Notes under the pieces: model-generated | The model's input: the letters and a program-made list of their open reading frames with translations, nothing else | What the model was told of the DNA's origin: nothing | The model's database searches: none | Made by a program: the position numbers and the translations under genes | Shown here: positions 45,952 to 61,561 of the stretch, one piece after another | Position numbering within the stretch: the stretch's first letter is position 1 | How the letters are laid out: each line of letters opens with the position of its first letter | Origin: Eledone cirrhosa | Lineage: Eukaryota | Direction: 5' to 3' | NCBI GenBank assembly: GCA_964016885.1 | Contig: OZ024752.1 | Coordinates: 31,310,001-31,374,000, forward strand | DNA length: 64,000 nt

Positions 45952-46033
<82 letters not shown>

Positions 46034-46265
46034 GTGTGTGTGTGTGTGTGTGTGTGTGTATCCCGGGTTCAATCGGGGGTAGCCACAGTAAGTAAGGTAC
46101 TCAATACATAGTAGAGTATAAATTGTTAATATAGAAATGGCTTGTACAGGACTAGAACTGTATCGTTCGAAGAAGGAAATCATCAGGAGTACTTTCCTGG
46201 TGATTTCCTTCGAGTGAAACAGTTCTAGTTCCGTGGAGGCCATTTATATATATATATATATATAT

Positions 46266-46469
46266 ATAGGAAAAGATATGACCCCGACGGCAGAGCTCAA
46301 GCCGTTTCGACGGCTATTTCTGGACAGAAATAGTCCAGAAATAGCCGTCGAAACGGCTTGAGCTCTGCCGTCGGGGTCATACCTTTTCCTATTACCCACT
46401 CTACTACCCTAAGTATTGAGTACTCTGGTGCGTTATGGTCCACCTAGTTCCTTACCACAATTCCTTCGT

Positions 46470-46470
<1 letters not shown>
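46266..46470. mobile_element. Minimal fold-back of pLTR family C
   Basis: 46266-46326 is inverted against 46334-46392. The right arm continues into the tail ending TTCCTTCGT, then (TA)n. Confidence 0.78.
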
Positions 46471-46515
<45 letters not shown>

Positions 46516-46707
46516 GAGAGAGAGAATGAAGTGTGATAGTAAACTTATCATTTCATCTTTCCTGTATCGATGAAACAAACATCTGCCAAGTGCTGGCGAT
46601 TGATGTTATTCACAATAACCATGACCAACTTTCAGGCTGTATGCCTCTGTAAGAAATCAATGTTTTAAAATACAATCAAATTTTGATCCCATTTATTTTG
46701 AATGAGA

Positions 46708-47067
46708 TAATTTTCGACTTTTGGCACAAGGCCAGCAATTATTTCAGTGTATTACTGGTACTTTATTTTATCGACCTCATAAGGATGAAAGGCAAAGTTA
46801 ACCTCGGCGGGATTTGAACTTAGATCATAAAGGGCCGTAACTCTTTGCTGCAAAACATGGCGTCCGACCCTCTACCGATACTGCCAATCCACCGCCAATT
46901 GCAAATAATTGTTTCTATTTTTTGGCACAAGGCCAGCAATTATTCCAGTGTATTACTGGTACTTTATTTTATCGACCCCGTAAGGATGAAAGGCAAAGTC
47001 AACCTCGGCGGGATTTGAACTCAGATCGTAAAGGGACGTAACTATGCTGGAAAGCATGGCGTCCGAC
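46708..47067 (-). mobile_element. Two tandem MetaSINE-like copies
   Basis: Family consensus, reverse complement. Confidence 0.85.
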
Positions 47068-47269
47068 ATTTCTTTTGTCCTCAAAATGGAATAAAGATTA
47101 AATAGATTTATAATAGATTTGAACCACAGCAAAGCTTCCTCCAGCATCTTCGACTTCCAAACAATAATAATAGAAAATAACAAAAATACATTGCAAGTAT
47201 CACGAATCGCAAAGAATCAGATATACACATACACACACACAATCTAACATACAAATACACACACACACG

Positions 47270-47317
47270 TGTGTGTGTGTGTATTTATATATATATATAT
47301 ACACGCACACGCACACC

Positions 47318-47352
<35 letters not shown>

Positions 47353-47875
47353 ATGTATATATATGTGTATGTATATATATGTGTATGTATATATGTGTGT
47401 ATATATATATGTATGTATTTATGTGTATATATATATATATATGTATATATGTGTGTATATATATATATGTGTATATGTATATATATATGTGTATATATGT
47501 GTATATATATATATATGTGTATATGTATATGTATAGGTATATATATGTGTATGTGTATATGTGTATATATGTATATATGTGTATATATATATATGTATAT
47601 ATGTGTATATATGTGTATATATATATATGTATATATGTGTATATATATATATGTATATATGTGTATATATATATATATATGTATATATGTGTATATATAT
47701 ATATGTATATATGTGTATATATATATGTATATATGTGTATATATATATGTATATATGTGTATATATATGTATATATGTGTATATAGATATGTATATATGT
47801 GTATATATATATGTATATATGTGTATATATATATGTGTATATATATATATGTATATAAATATGTATATATATATG

Positions 47876-47920
<45 letters not shown>

Positions 47921-47921
47921 G

Positions 47922-47954
<33 letters not shown>

Positions 47955-49338
47955 GTATATATATGTGTGTATATATATATATATATGTATATATATATGT
48001 ATATATATGTGTATATATATATATGTATATATGTGTATATATATATATGTATATATGTGTATATATATATATATATGTATATATGTGTATATATATATAT
48101 GTGTATATATATATATGTATATATGTGTATATATATATGTATATATGTGTATATATATATGTGTATATATATATATGTATATATATATGTATATATATAT
48201 ATGTATATATGTGTATGTATATATATGTATATATGTATATATGTGTATATATATGTGTATATATATATATGTATATATATGTGTATATATATATATGTAT
48301 ATATATGTGTATATATATATGTATATATATGTGTATATATATATGTATATATATGTGTATATATATATATGTATATATATGTGTATATATATATATGTAT
48401 ATATATGTGTATATATATATGTGTATATATATATGTGTATATATATATATATGTATATATATGTGTATATATATGTATATGTATATATATGTGTATATAT
48501 ATATGTATATATATGTGTATATATATATATATGTATATATATGTGTATATATATATATGTATATATATGTGTATATATATATATGTATATATATGTGTAT
48601 ATATATATATGTATATATATGTGTATATATATATGTATATATATGTGTATATATATATATGTGTATATATATATGTGTATATATATATATGTGTATATAT
48701 ATATATGTGTATATATATATATATGTATATATATGTGTATATATATATATATGTATATATATGTATATATATGTGTATATATATATATGTATATATATGT
48801 GTATATATGTATGTGTGTGTATATATATATGTGTGTATATATATATATGTGTGTATATATATATGTATGTGTGTATATATATATATGTGTGTATGTATTT
48901 GTGTATATATATATATATATACGTATATAAATGTGTGTGTATATATACACAGACACACATACAGAGAGAGGGGATTAGGGAGAGTTGCATGTGAAGGAGC
49001 AAGAGTGGGAGAGAGAGAGTGGGGGGGGGTGAGATGGGGAGGACCAAGGTTATTCTAGTGACTTCGTAATTCGGCAATATTCATGTTTTTCAGTCTTTCA
49101 ATAGAATTGATAAAAGAGACATCGGACTAAAAAGATTTCAATAAGGTGAGGGGCTAGAGCAGAAATGACCAATGGGAAAATACATATATAAGTGTGGATG
49201 TGTATATGTGCGTGCGTGTGTGTGTGTGTGTGTATGTGTGTATGTATATATGTACGTGTGTATATGTATATATGTGTGTGTGTGTATGTGGCTGTATATA
49301 TATATATGCGTGTGTGTGTATATATATATATGTATATA

Positions 49339-49379
<41 letters not shown>

Positions 49380-49550
49380 ATATATATATATGTATATATA
49401 TGTGTATATATGTATGTGTGTGTATATATATATATGTATATATATGTGTATATATGTATGTGTGTGTATATATATGTGTGTGTGTATATATATATGTGTG
49501 TGTATGTGTGTCTGTGTATATATATAAATGTGTGTGTATATATGTGTGTG

Positions 49551-49591
<41 letters not shown>

Positions 49592-49606
49592 ATATATGTG
49601 TGTGTG

Positions 49607-49641
<35 letters not shown>

Positions 49642-49974
49642 ATGTATGTGTCTGTATATATATATATATATGTGTGTGTGTGTATGTATGTGTCTGTATA
49701 TATATATATGTGTCTGTATATATATATATATATATGTGTCTGTATATATATATATGTGTCTGTATATATATGTATGTGTCTGTATATATATGTATGTGTC
49801 TGTATATATATGTGTCTGTATATATATATATATGTCTGTATATATATATATGTGTGTGTATGTATGTGTCTGTATATATATATATGTGTGTATGTATGTA
49901 TTTGTATATATATATATATGTATATATGTGTCTATATATATATATATGTATGTATATATATATGTGTGTATGTG

Positions 49975-50009
<35 letters not shown>

Positions 50010-50025
50010 ATATATATATACATAC
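47270..50025. repeat. Two large (TA)n/(TG)n compound microsatellites (~47270-48960, ~49190-50025)
   Basis: Directly visible. Confidence 0.95.
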
Positions 50026-50204
50026 AAAATGGCTGTAGTTTGTTTCCAGGATTATTTCGCACGACGAGATAACGTCAACACATTAGGATCTTATTTGTGT
50101 TCACATTTTAGAAGTAATCAAAGATGAAGTGAATGCCTTGTTAGAAACCAAACACACACACACACACACACATGCACGCTTACACACACACATGCACACA
50201 CACA

Positions 50205-50250
<46 letters not shown>

Positions 50251-50613
50251 CACGCTTACACACACACATGCACGCTTACACACACACACACTCGCACGCT
50301 TACACACTCGCACGCACACACACACAGAGACACGCTTACATGCACGCATACAGACACACGCATACACATACAGTCACACAATGAAAGGAACAATAAAATG
50401 AAACATGAACATTTTTTCTAAATCCTTTTTTATTTTGTCTACATCTGTACAAACCCTGACACAAACAATATATATACACATGCGCGCATACATACGAATG
50501 TGTATGTCTGTATGTTTGTATGTTATATATATATATATATATATTGACGAGTTTCTGAAGAAATAGATCGAAGAAAAAAGTTATCTATGTAATGTACAGA
50601 TAAAAAATAAAAA

Positions 50614-50670
<57 letters not shown>

Positions 50671-50797
50671 GACGCATACATGTATATATACATATATATA
50701 CATGCATATATACATACAAACATATATACATATATTTTTATATATATATACACACACACATATATGTATACATACATATATATATATATATATATGT

Positions 50798-50831
<34 letters not shown>

Positions 50832-50944
50832 TTAGTTGCTTGCTGATGTTAAAATATCTTTTGTTCAAAGTTTCTTTCTTCACTGAGTTGATAATTTGAT
50901 GTTAAGGACACTTCTTGCACAAAAAACAACACGGGTGTGTATGC

Positions 50945-50997
<53 letters not shown>

Positions 50998-51018
50998 ACA
51001 CACACCACACACACACAC

Positions 51019-51114
<96 letters not shown>

Positions 51115-51233
51115 ACACACCACACACACACACACACCACACACCACACACCACACACACCACACACACCACACACACACACACCACACACCACACACCA
51201 CACACACACACACACACCACACACCACACACCA

Positions 51234-51272
<39 letters not shown>
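50945..51272. repeat. (CA)n/(CACAC)n microsatellite
   Basis: Directly visible. Confidence 0.9.
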
Positions 51273-51276
<4 letters not shown>

Positions 51277-51468
51277 ATAGCTCTTTTTACAAAACGGTTT
51301 TTTTTCCCCTTTCAGGTAGACTGGTTCCATCATCCACTTTTCTAAAAAACAAACCATACACAAAACGCCAGCAACAACAGTTTTCCAAGAGATGTCAACT
51401 TGAATGGACCTGTTATTTTTATCTAAAGACATTTTTTCCAATTCCATCCCGCCCGTCTCCTCATTCTT

Positions 51469-51504
51469 TCTTCTGATGAAGGACTAGCGTTCGAAACGTT
51501 AAGA
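51469..51504 (+). ncRNA. Minimal type I hammerhead ribozyme
   Basis: TCTT-CTGATGA-A-GGAC TAGC GTTC-GAAA-CG-TT-AAGA, with palindromic AACGTT stem III. Confidence 0.72.
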
Positions 51505-51588
51505 CCCTCTTCCTGCTATATCAAGCGTTAACCTAATATATACCTTCAATATACTCTACCGATTGTGTTGTTATTTCTGTTTACTTTC

Positions 51589-51649
<61 letters not shown>

Positions 51650-51907
51650 TTGCGAGGTTTTTTATATGAAATCGTGTGTCGAAACAGATATTGTTATATT
51701 TGGGGAGGGTCATATTTGCGTAATATTGCCAGAATTAATAACAGAACACACTCACTGTTTGGTTGGTTTTCGCTTCTCGCTGTCTTTTATTATATCTGCG
51801 ATCTAACTTACTCGGTCCTCAATGTTGCCATTGACTGACCGGCGGTCAAAAATAATACAGATACAATATAGACACAAACACATATATATATATAGTTTAC
51901 ATAATTT

Positions 51908-51948
51908 ACATAAATCTTTCGTTGCACATCTGCAACATCGTCAGTGGT
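51908..51948 (-). ncRNA. Minimal hammerhead motif, partly decayed
   Basis: CTGACGA-T-GTTGCA GATG TGCAAC-GAAA-GATT-TA, with short stem I. Same element family as the 20272 motif. Confidence 0.55.
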
Positions 51949-53147
51949 GTTATATTAATTGTTCCTCCTGTTGTGTTGTATGCCTACGCCATTTTTTATT
52001 CAGTCTGTCTGAAAAGTTGTTTTGGTAGTGAAAATGTTAAGGACAGTTAGAAAGAAAGACTTAACTGTCCTTAACATTTTCACTACCAAAACAACTTTTT
52101 AAATGGAAGTTGTAAAGTTTAAGGTATGTCAAATTTATTTATAAAACTGTTTATATATTGTATTTTGTCTGAAGAGGGCATACCATATTTTTAATATGAT
52201 ATCCCTGAAATATATATAATGAAATAAATATGGTTTTATAAATGTAGTTTCCATTTGTTAAATATCGTAAATATACTCCAAAACTTGTTGAGTGCTTTTA
52301 TATCAGTTATAAAATATTTACTCGTTGTAACCCAACAATTTTAAATAAAACTTTTGCATATATATATATATATATATTTATGTAGTCAGCCGATCCTCGG
52401 CTGGGAAGTTCTTAGGCTGACTATGAAGGAATGATGCTAAAGCTGCGAAATCTTGCATGCATTAATTTAAACTCTCCTTATTGAAAACTGACTTTTTTTC
52501 CCAGGGTCTATGTTGAAAAATAAATCCCATTTGGTCATTTTATGAGAATATCTTTGCTAGTGTATCAACGTTTTAGCCTATTTCAACTCTTCTTGTTAGA
52601 AGCAGGAATTATGTTGAAAAATAAACCTCATTTAGTCATTCCATGAGAGTATCTTGGTCAGCCTATGAACCTTTCAGGCGATCCTTGTATTTGTTAAATT
52701 CACACGTAGTCCGTTAGCTCGAAGAACTTCCTGTAGGTTAACTTGGGGAGAAAAGGGATTTACATGGCTGATTTATTACAATACATGCTGTGCCGTGTCA
52801 TAATCCAGCACACACTCACAACCATTTTAACTTATGTCCCAATAATTTTAACAAAATTTCTTCTTACTTAGAGAAAATGCTGTGTCGGTAAACTGAACCT
52901 ACAGCACCGACATTTTATCAACTAAGTTCCTTGAATAGATTCTGTAAAGAGTGTATTTTCATACTTGTCACGAACTTAACCTATAATAATACAATTGCTA
53001 ATAACAATATTTGTTCTACCTACCTACCTACCTACCTACATACATACCTACCTACCTACCTACCTACCTACCTACCTACCTAACTACCTACCAATATGTA
53101 GATATAGTATCAGGATAAATTATTAGATTACCCTAATATATTTATAA

Positions 53148-53338
53148 TAACTGTTTTTACTTTTGGCACAAGGCCAGCAATTACCCAGTGCATTACTGGT
53201 ACTTTATTTTATCGACCCCGTAAGGATGAAAGGCAAAGTTAACCTCGGCGGGATTTGAACTCAGAATGGCAAGGGCCGTAACTCTATGCGTCAAAGCATA
53301 GCGTCCGACCCTCTACCGATACTGCCAATCCACCGCCC
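53148..53338 (-). mobile_element. MetaSINE-like SINE copy
   Basis: Family consensus, reverse complement. Confidence 0.85.
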
Positions 53339-53779
53339 ATATCTATAATAAATAACAAGGGAAGATATATGACATTGTGTTATAGTTCTTTTGAATGGAG
53401 ATTTTAAACGACAGGTCTCCATCTTCTAAATTGTGTCGTATTGTCAGTTTTTGAAATTGTAGATTCCGTCTATCTACCTTCGTGTGCCTTGAAGAATAAC
53501 CTATTCACCTGTTCCAAATTCCTTTGAATTCCCTATTCTATTATTGGTTTATTAGTTGTAGTAAGAAAACCCCTATTTCATAAAGAGCAAGTATGGTATC
53601 ACTATCTTCCCCGACGTATATTAGTTGCTTAAAAAAAATGAAATAACTTCATACAGAATGTGAACTCCTGGCCAGGAGCGTACCCCTTGCTCTTTTATAT
53701 TATTATATACACATAACTTCATATATACCCACATGCGTATATAGGCACGAGTACATAGTCATTCACACATATATTTATA

Positions 53780-55500
53780 TACGTCCATACATACTTCCAT
53801 ACGTACATACATACGTCCATACGTGCGTCCATACATACGTCATACATACATACGTTTTTACATACGTTCATACATACGTTCTTACGTTCATACATACGTT
53901 CTTACATAGGTTCTTACGTCCATACATACGTTCATACATACATACGTTTTTACATACGTTCATACATACATACATACGTTCATACATACGTTCTTACGTT
54001 CATACATACATACATACGTTTTTACATACGTTCATACATACATACATACGTTCATACATACATACATACATACGTTCATACATAGGTTCTTACGTCCATA
54101 CATACATACGTTCATACACACATACGTTCATACATACATACATACATACGTCCATACATACATACATACATACGTTCATACATACATACGTCCATACATA
54201 CATACGTCCATACATACATACATACATACGTTCATACATACATACATACATACGTCCATACATACATACGTTCATACATACATACATACGTTCTTACGTT
54301 CATACATACATACATACGTTTTTACATACGTTCATACATACATACATACATACATACATACGTCCATACATACATACATACATACATACATACGTCCATA
54401 CATACATACGTCCATACATACATACGTCCATACATACATACGTCCATACATACATACATACATACGTCCATACATACATACGTCCATACATACATACGTC
54501 CATACATACATACGTCCATACATACATACGTCCATACATACATACGTCCATACATACATACGTTCATACAATACATACATACGTCCATACATACATACGT
54601 TCATACATACATACATACATACGTCCATACATACATACGTCCATACATACATACGTTCATACATACATACATACGTTCTTACGTTCATACATACATACAT
54701 ACGTTTTTACATACGTTCATACATACATACATACATACATACATACGTCCATACATACATACATACATACATACATACGTCCATACATACATACGTCCAT
54801 ACATACATACGTCCGTACATACATACGTCCATACATACATACATACATACGTCCATACATACATACGTCCATACATACATACGTCCATACATACATACGT
54901 CCATACATACATACGTTCATACATACATACATACATACGTCCATACATACATACGTCCATACATACATACGTTCATACATACATACGTCCATACATACAT
55001 ACGTCCATACATACATACGTCCATACATACATACGTTCATACATACATACATACATACGTCCATACATACATACGTCCATACATACATACGTCCATACAT
55101 ACATACGTCCATACATACATACATACATACGTTCATACATACATACGTCCATACATACATACGTCCATACATACATACGTCCATACATACATACGTTCAT
55201 ACATAGGTTCTTACGTTCATACATACATACATACGTCCATACATACATACGTTCATACATACATACATACATACATACATACGTCCATACATACATACGT
55301 CCATACATACATACATACGTTCATACATACATACATACGTTCATACATACATACATACATACGTCCATACATACATACGTCCATACATACATACGTCCAT
55401 ACATACATACGTTCATACATACATACGTTCATACATACATACATACGTTCATACATACATACGTCCATACACACATACGTTCATACACACATACATACAT
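53780..55500. repeat. (CATA)n-derived minisatellite with CGTC/CGTT interruptions
   Basis: Directly visible. Confidence 0.95.
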
Positions 55501-55756
55501 ACACGCACACATATATACACGCACACATACATACACATATACATACGTGCATGCAAATAACCATGCATATATATGTACAGAATATATACAATATATGCTG
55601 GCACACACATCCGCATGCACACGCGCATGCGCAGGCACACATACGCTGACTTAAAGAGGATATTAGGAAACATTCACATTATTAATTTTAATTGATTGTA
55701 ATAAATTTCCGAAATTTTCAAAGTATTTTGCCTGACTTTGTAAATCATTTATAAAG

Positions 55757-55759
<3 letters not shown>

Positions 55760-55799
<40 letters not shown>

Positions 55800-55878
55800 A
55801 TTGGTGTTGGTGTGTGTGTCTATATAGATTGATGTTGGAGTCTGTGTGTATGTGTGTGTGTGTGTGTGTGTGTGGATT

Positions 55879-55923
<45 letters not shown>

Positions 55924-56074
55924 ATTGATGTTGGTGTTGGTGTGTGTGTGTGGATTGATGTTGGTGTTGGTGTGTGTGTGTGTGGATTGATGTTGGTGTG
56001 TGTGTCTATATAGATTGATGTTGGAGTCTGTGTGTATGTGTGTGTGTGTGTGTGTGTGGATTGATGTTGGTGTT

Positions 56075-56107
<33 letters not shown>

Positions 56108-57260
56108 ATTGATGTTGGTGTTGGTGTGTGTGTGTGGATTGATGTTGGTGTTGGTGTGTGTGTGTGTGGATTGATGTTGGTGTGTGTCTATAGATTGTTG
56201 TGTGTGTGTGTGGCTATATAGATTGATGTTGGAGTCTGTGTGTATGTATGTGTGTGTGTGGATTGATGTTGGTGTTGGTGTGTGTGTGTGGATTGATGTT
56301 GGTGTTGGTGTGTGTGTGTGGATTGATGTTGGTGTTGGTGTGTGTGTGTGTATGTGGATTGATGTTGGTGTGTGTCTATAGATTGTGTGTGTGTGTGTCT
56401 ATATAGATTGATGTGTGTGTGTGTGTGTGTGTGTGTGTGTCTATATAGATTGATGTGTATGTATGTGTGTGTGGATTGATGTTGGTGTGTGTGTGTGGAT
56501 TGATGTGTGTGTGTCTATAGATTGATGTGTGTGTGTCTATATAGATTGATGTTGGAGTCTGTATGTGTATATGTATGTGTGTGTGTATGTGTATGTGTGT
56601 GCGTGTGTCTATATAGATTGATGTTGGTGTGTGTGTGTATGTATTTGTGTTTGTATGTATGTGTGTATCTCTATATAGATTGATGTTTGTGTGTGTATCT
56701 ATATAGCTTGCTGTTGGTGTGTGTATGTATGTGGAACTCTAGGTGTGAGTGTGTTAATGTGTGTGTATTTGTATGTCTATATAGCTTGCTGTTGGTGTGT
56801 GTATGTATGTGGAACTCTAGGTGTGAGTGTGTTAATGTGTGTGTATTTGTATGTCTATATAGCTTGCTGTTGGTGTGTGTATGTATGTGGAACTCTAGGT
56901 GTGAGTGTGTTAATGTGTGTGTATTTGTATGTCTATATAGCTTGCTGTTGGTGTGTGTATGTATGTGGAACTCTAGGTGTGAGTGTGTTAATGTGTGTGT
57001 ATTTGTATGTCTATATAGATTGATGTTGGTGTGTGTATGTGGAAGTGGTGGAAGTGTGTGTATGAATGTATATCTCTATCTAGCTTGATGTTGATGGGTA
57101 TATGTATAAGTGTAGGTGTGTGTATGTGCGTATTAATGTGAAAGTGTGTGTGTGTATTTCTATATAGATTGATGTTGGTGAATGTATATATGTGGGATTG
57201 TAGGTGTGAGTGTCTGTGTGAAAGTATGCATGTGTGTGTGTAAGCGTGCGTATTGTGTGT
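55760..57260. repeat. (GT)n-derived minisatellite, including four 78-bp units at ~56699-57010
   Basis: GGATTGATGTTGGT motifs. The 26-aa periodicity in ORF 56687-57088 reflects the 78-bp unit. Confidence 0.9.
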
Positions 57261-57796
57261 GTGTTTGTAGAGAGAGAGGGAGGGAACATTACATTACTTA
57301 GATAAAAGTTTCTATTTTAATTATCAATTCTTCTCTCAGTAAACAAATTATTATTAAAAGCTAGCTGCTAATGGTTTATGATATGTTAATTTGTAACGAA
57401 ACTGCTTTATGAAATTATTTCATAATAGTTTATGAAATAATAATTGATAAAATATTAATTAGTAATTAAAATGCTGTCCATTTTGTTGTTGTAAATAAGT
57501 ATTCAAATATTTGTAATGGTAATGATATATTTAATTAAAAAATAATATACAATAAAATGAAATATGTATTTCTGTAGAAAGGATGTTATGTCAAGTCTTT
57601 GCATCAGGAAAATTGTCGTCAAAAATGATATGCTTAATGATTAGAGCGTCTACAAGAGTTGTTTTCTCTTTCTTTTTAATTACAGTTTGTACTGTGAAGG
57701 AATCCATTGCTGAATAAAATCATTATTTCTACTTCACGTCAGTAGTTTATCCCAGGTAAATGTTGGTGGTTATGAGTGACGGAGTATTCATTTATC

Positions 57797-58361
57797 AAAT
57801 AATTGTTTCTACTTTTGGCACAAGGCCAGCAATTATCCCAAGTGTATTACTGGTGCTTTATTTTATCGACCCCCCCCCCGTAAGGATAAAATGCAAAGTT
57901 AACCTCGGCGGGATTTGAACTCGGATCATAAAGGGCCGTAACTCTTTGCTGCAAAGCATGGCGTCCGACCCTCCACCGATACTGCCAATCCACAAATAAT
58001 TGTTTCTACTTTAGGCACAAGGCCAGCATTTATCCCAGTGTATTACTGGTACTTAATTTTATCGACCCCCGTAAGGATGAAATGCAAAGTTAACCTCGGC
58101 GGGATTTGAACTCGGATCATAAAGGGCCGTAACTCTTTGCTGCAAAGCATGGCGTCCGACCCTCCACCGATACTGCCAATCCACAAATAATTGTTTCTAC
58201 TTTAGGCACAAGGCCAGCATTTATCCCAGTGTATTACTGGTACTTAATTTTATCGACCCCCGTAAGGCAAAGTTAACCTCGGCGGGATTTGAACTCAGAT
58301 CATAAAGGGTCGTAACTCTATGCGTCAAAGCATGGCGTCCGACCCTCTACCGATACTACCA
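57797..58361 (-). mobile_element. Tandem trimer of the MetaSINE-like SINE
   Basis: Units start at ~57797, ~57995 and ~58185 and share a CCAATCCAC|AAATAATTG junction. Confidence 0.88.
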
Positions 58362-58925
58362 AATAATGGTAGCTAAGACGGGATTAATTCACCATAATTG
58401 TTTATTGCATGATATACATTTCTGTTACATGGTTATTCATGTGACTTCAGCAGATTCTTACGTAATCATAGGTATAGTTATGTAATCATTGGTATATGCC
58501 GGTGGCCGTGTATAATTATGATGTAGTGATGCCAGCCGGCATATGCGTCTCCTATCTGTTGGTTATAGCAGTAGATATATCCGTTTTCTGATTGGTTGAT
58601 TTAGACTCTGAGTATAGTTCTAGTTTTTTTACTTATTTGCCACTAAATCTCAGCATGCAACCTATCACTTTACCAGCACTCTTTAGTTCGTTTGTTCTCT
58701 GACTGGCATCATTCCATTCTGTCCGCCGGGGTTGTGGGGCGGCCAGCACGTGGGACCCCATTTGCTCACTATACAGAGAGATGGTGAGGGCGTGAGAGGT
58801 GGAGGCAATGACGGTGGGAGTTCGGCTCTTCAGTGTTCGGATACATTGCAGCTATCAGAAGTGTATTTTCATATTTACACATCCTCCTATTTATCCATAT
58901 CCACTCTAGAAAACACAACTTAGAA

Positions 58926-59218
58926 CAGGGGTCCCCAACCTTTTGGGTCCGCGGGCCGGATAGCCATGCAGCGGTGGTTCCGCGGGCCGGATACACAATT
59001 AATACTACTTATATACAAATAAGTAATCATTTATGTTAGATTTGAAACAAAATTCAATATTGATACTTAGAGCTGTCCTAAGCAGAAAAATACATTTAAA
59101 CATTGTTTTATTCGGCAATATCGATAGATCGGGTGCAAATTTATTGCAAACTGTACCCTTTTTAGAACCCTAGCGGGCAGGATAAAGGCCTTCGCGGTCC
59201 GGGGGTTGGGGACCCCTG
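58926..59218. mobile_element. hAT (Charlie-like) MITE
   Basis: 15-bp TIR CAGGGGTCCCCAACC / GGTTGGGGACCCCTG and a perfect 8-bp TSD ACTTAGAA (58918-58925 and 59219-59226). Confidence 0.92.
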
Positions 59219-59536
59219 ACTTAGAATATACTGGTGTCATTAGGTCTAGTGATTAAGACAAGCGATGAAGGCAGTGTTTAGGTTTTCTTTAATGATTTCT
59301 GTCCAACCGCTGCCTTGGGCAACTGGAACAACACTACCATGACAAAAACAACAACAACAACAATGACAACAATGACAGTACTATTTACGATATTTAGGAC
59401 GACGATAGTAATGAAAGAATATATTTATATATAGTCATACACATATATACACACATACTCCCACATAAACACACACACACACACACACATACACACATAT
59501 ATACATACATATATACATACATATATACATACATAT

Positions 59537-59576
<40 letters not shown>

Positions 59577-61220
59577 GTGTATATGTAGGGTTATGACTTT
59601 TTGTAAAATAGTTGATTACTGTATCATACTTCGGTGAAATTTTGTTTTAAAATAATGAAAAATGTTTAATTCTGTTTATTTTTTAAAAATGTCACTCCCA
59701 ACACGAAATTTCTAAAATCGTATAACTTCTAGGGCGTTCTAGGACTTTCTGGAACCTTCTAGAACTTTTTGGAGCCTTCTAGAACTTTCCGAAAATTAAT
59801 GACGTGCATTTTGTGGGACTATATAACGTTTTTTTTTAAAATACCTAACTTTAGTAATGCAAGATAGAATTGTACAGCAATTATGCAAACAGACTCTTTT
59901 TAAAGCCATATCAGTAGAATGACTCCATCATTCTGCTCTTGTATGGGCATGTAAACAGAACTGTAGATACTAATGTGTTTGGGTGATTACCTTTCATCAG
60001 TACAGTATACTGCTTACCTGCCAACTGTCAGAGCTAGTGAAAATATAAATTCTAATATAGTCACGCTTCAACTCGATTTTCCAGACAACACTTTGTTTAC
60101 ATTTTGTTAGCTATAAGTAGCCTTCTAATCTCGGCAGATAATCTGACTGGAAATTCGTTGACCTTTTCTTTCTCTTTTCTTTTCCCTATCTTTATTCCTT
60201 TCTATCGCTTTCTCCTTTTAGAGAAGAATATGCCAACCACCCCATACACATCTTCTCACACGCGTTTCCAAAGGCACACACATCTCCATAGCCACACACA
60301 TTTCCATAGCCACACACATCTCCATACACATATCCAAAGTCACACACTTCTCCAAATTCGCACACATCTCACAAGTCACACATTAATCAAACCTGGCCAA
60401 TAAGGAACTAATTTTCAACTGCGCCGTCTTTGCTGGTCGAACAAACATTGAATTAATAATGCTAACATTACTTTGTTGGTAGTAAAAGATTTAATTGCCT
60501 TTATTCGCACACACTCACACACACGCCAGCTTCTACCACCGTCGCCACCACCACTACCACTATAACACACACAGGTCCGCTTTTCCCACCAGAGGCCTTC
60601 AGCACCACCGCTACCACCTCACTCTCTCTGGTTATTGGTTATTTTGTCTCCCTACCACCGCCAACACCACCTCATTTCTCTCTCACCATACTCTGGTTCT
60701 TTTGTCGTTCGATGGTCCATTAAAACCCATAAGGAGATTCTGAGAACGTTTAATTACTGTGCAGGAACTCCCTTGCAATGTTGAACTGCAAACGTACAGA
60801 GCGTGCATTTTTACTGAGTATTGTTCATATACCTTCTTAATACTGCCCACTGTTATGTCTTGCTGCTGCTGATGATGATGATGATAAAACTGTTGCCCTG
60901 TTGTGTTGGTGTTTTTAATTAAATTTATATATTATTATTGTTTATTTTTTGGTGTGTGTTCGATTTTTCTTGTCCTTATTGACAACCCTGCCACAAACAC
61001 ATTTAGCACACATATACAATCTCACATACATACATACGTAGGTATGTGTGTGAGAGAGAGAGAGAGAGAGTTTTGTGTGTGTTTGTACATATGTGTAGAT
61101 AAAGGTTTCCATCAGAAAAACAGCATATAGACAGTTTCATATTTAAAATAATTTGACAGGATTTTAGGACACAGGGTATATACATTACAAAATTAAACAC
61201 CATATAATATATAAACAAAT

Positions 61221-61363
61221 GAAGGTGCATGGCTTAGTGGTTAGAGCATTGGGCTTACAATCGAAAGGTTGTGAGTTCAATTCTCGGACCGGGTGATGTG
61301 TTGTTTCCTTGAGCAAGACACTTTATTTCACATTGCTCCAGTTTACTCAGCTGTAGAAATGAG
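61221..61363 (+). mobile_element. tRNA-derived CORE-like SINE
   Basis: TGGCTTAGTGGTTAG (A box), GAGTTCAATTC (B box), TCCTTGAGCAAGACACTT. Confidence 0.72.
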
Positions 61364-61561
61364 ATGATAGGACTGGTTTTACAAGAACATTTTGAGAATG
61401 TGCCACTTTACATTTATATTTTTATCAGATTCCTAATCCCCAAATTTTAGTCCTTAATTTAAAGGGATTAATACTGCTGTAATTTTATTTACATTATAAG
61501 AAAACCCCACTTGTTTGTTTTTTATGATTGTTTTGTTATCAAATATTGTTTATTTTTACAG

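Noticed and set aside
57685-57754. AG...GT bounded exon-like segment as an upstream SRP68 exon (also splice-like sites near 20500 and 38567)
   Set aside because: This segment has stops in all three frames, and none of these sites shows SRP68 similarity.
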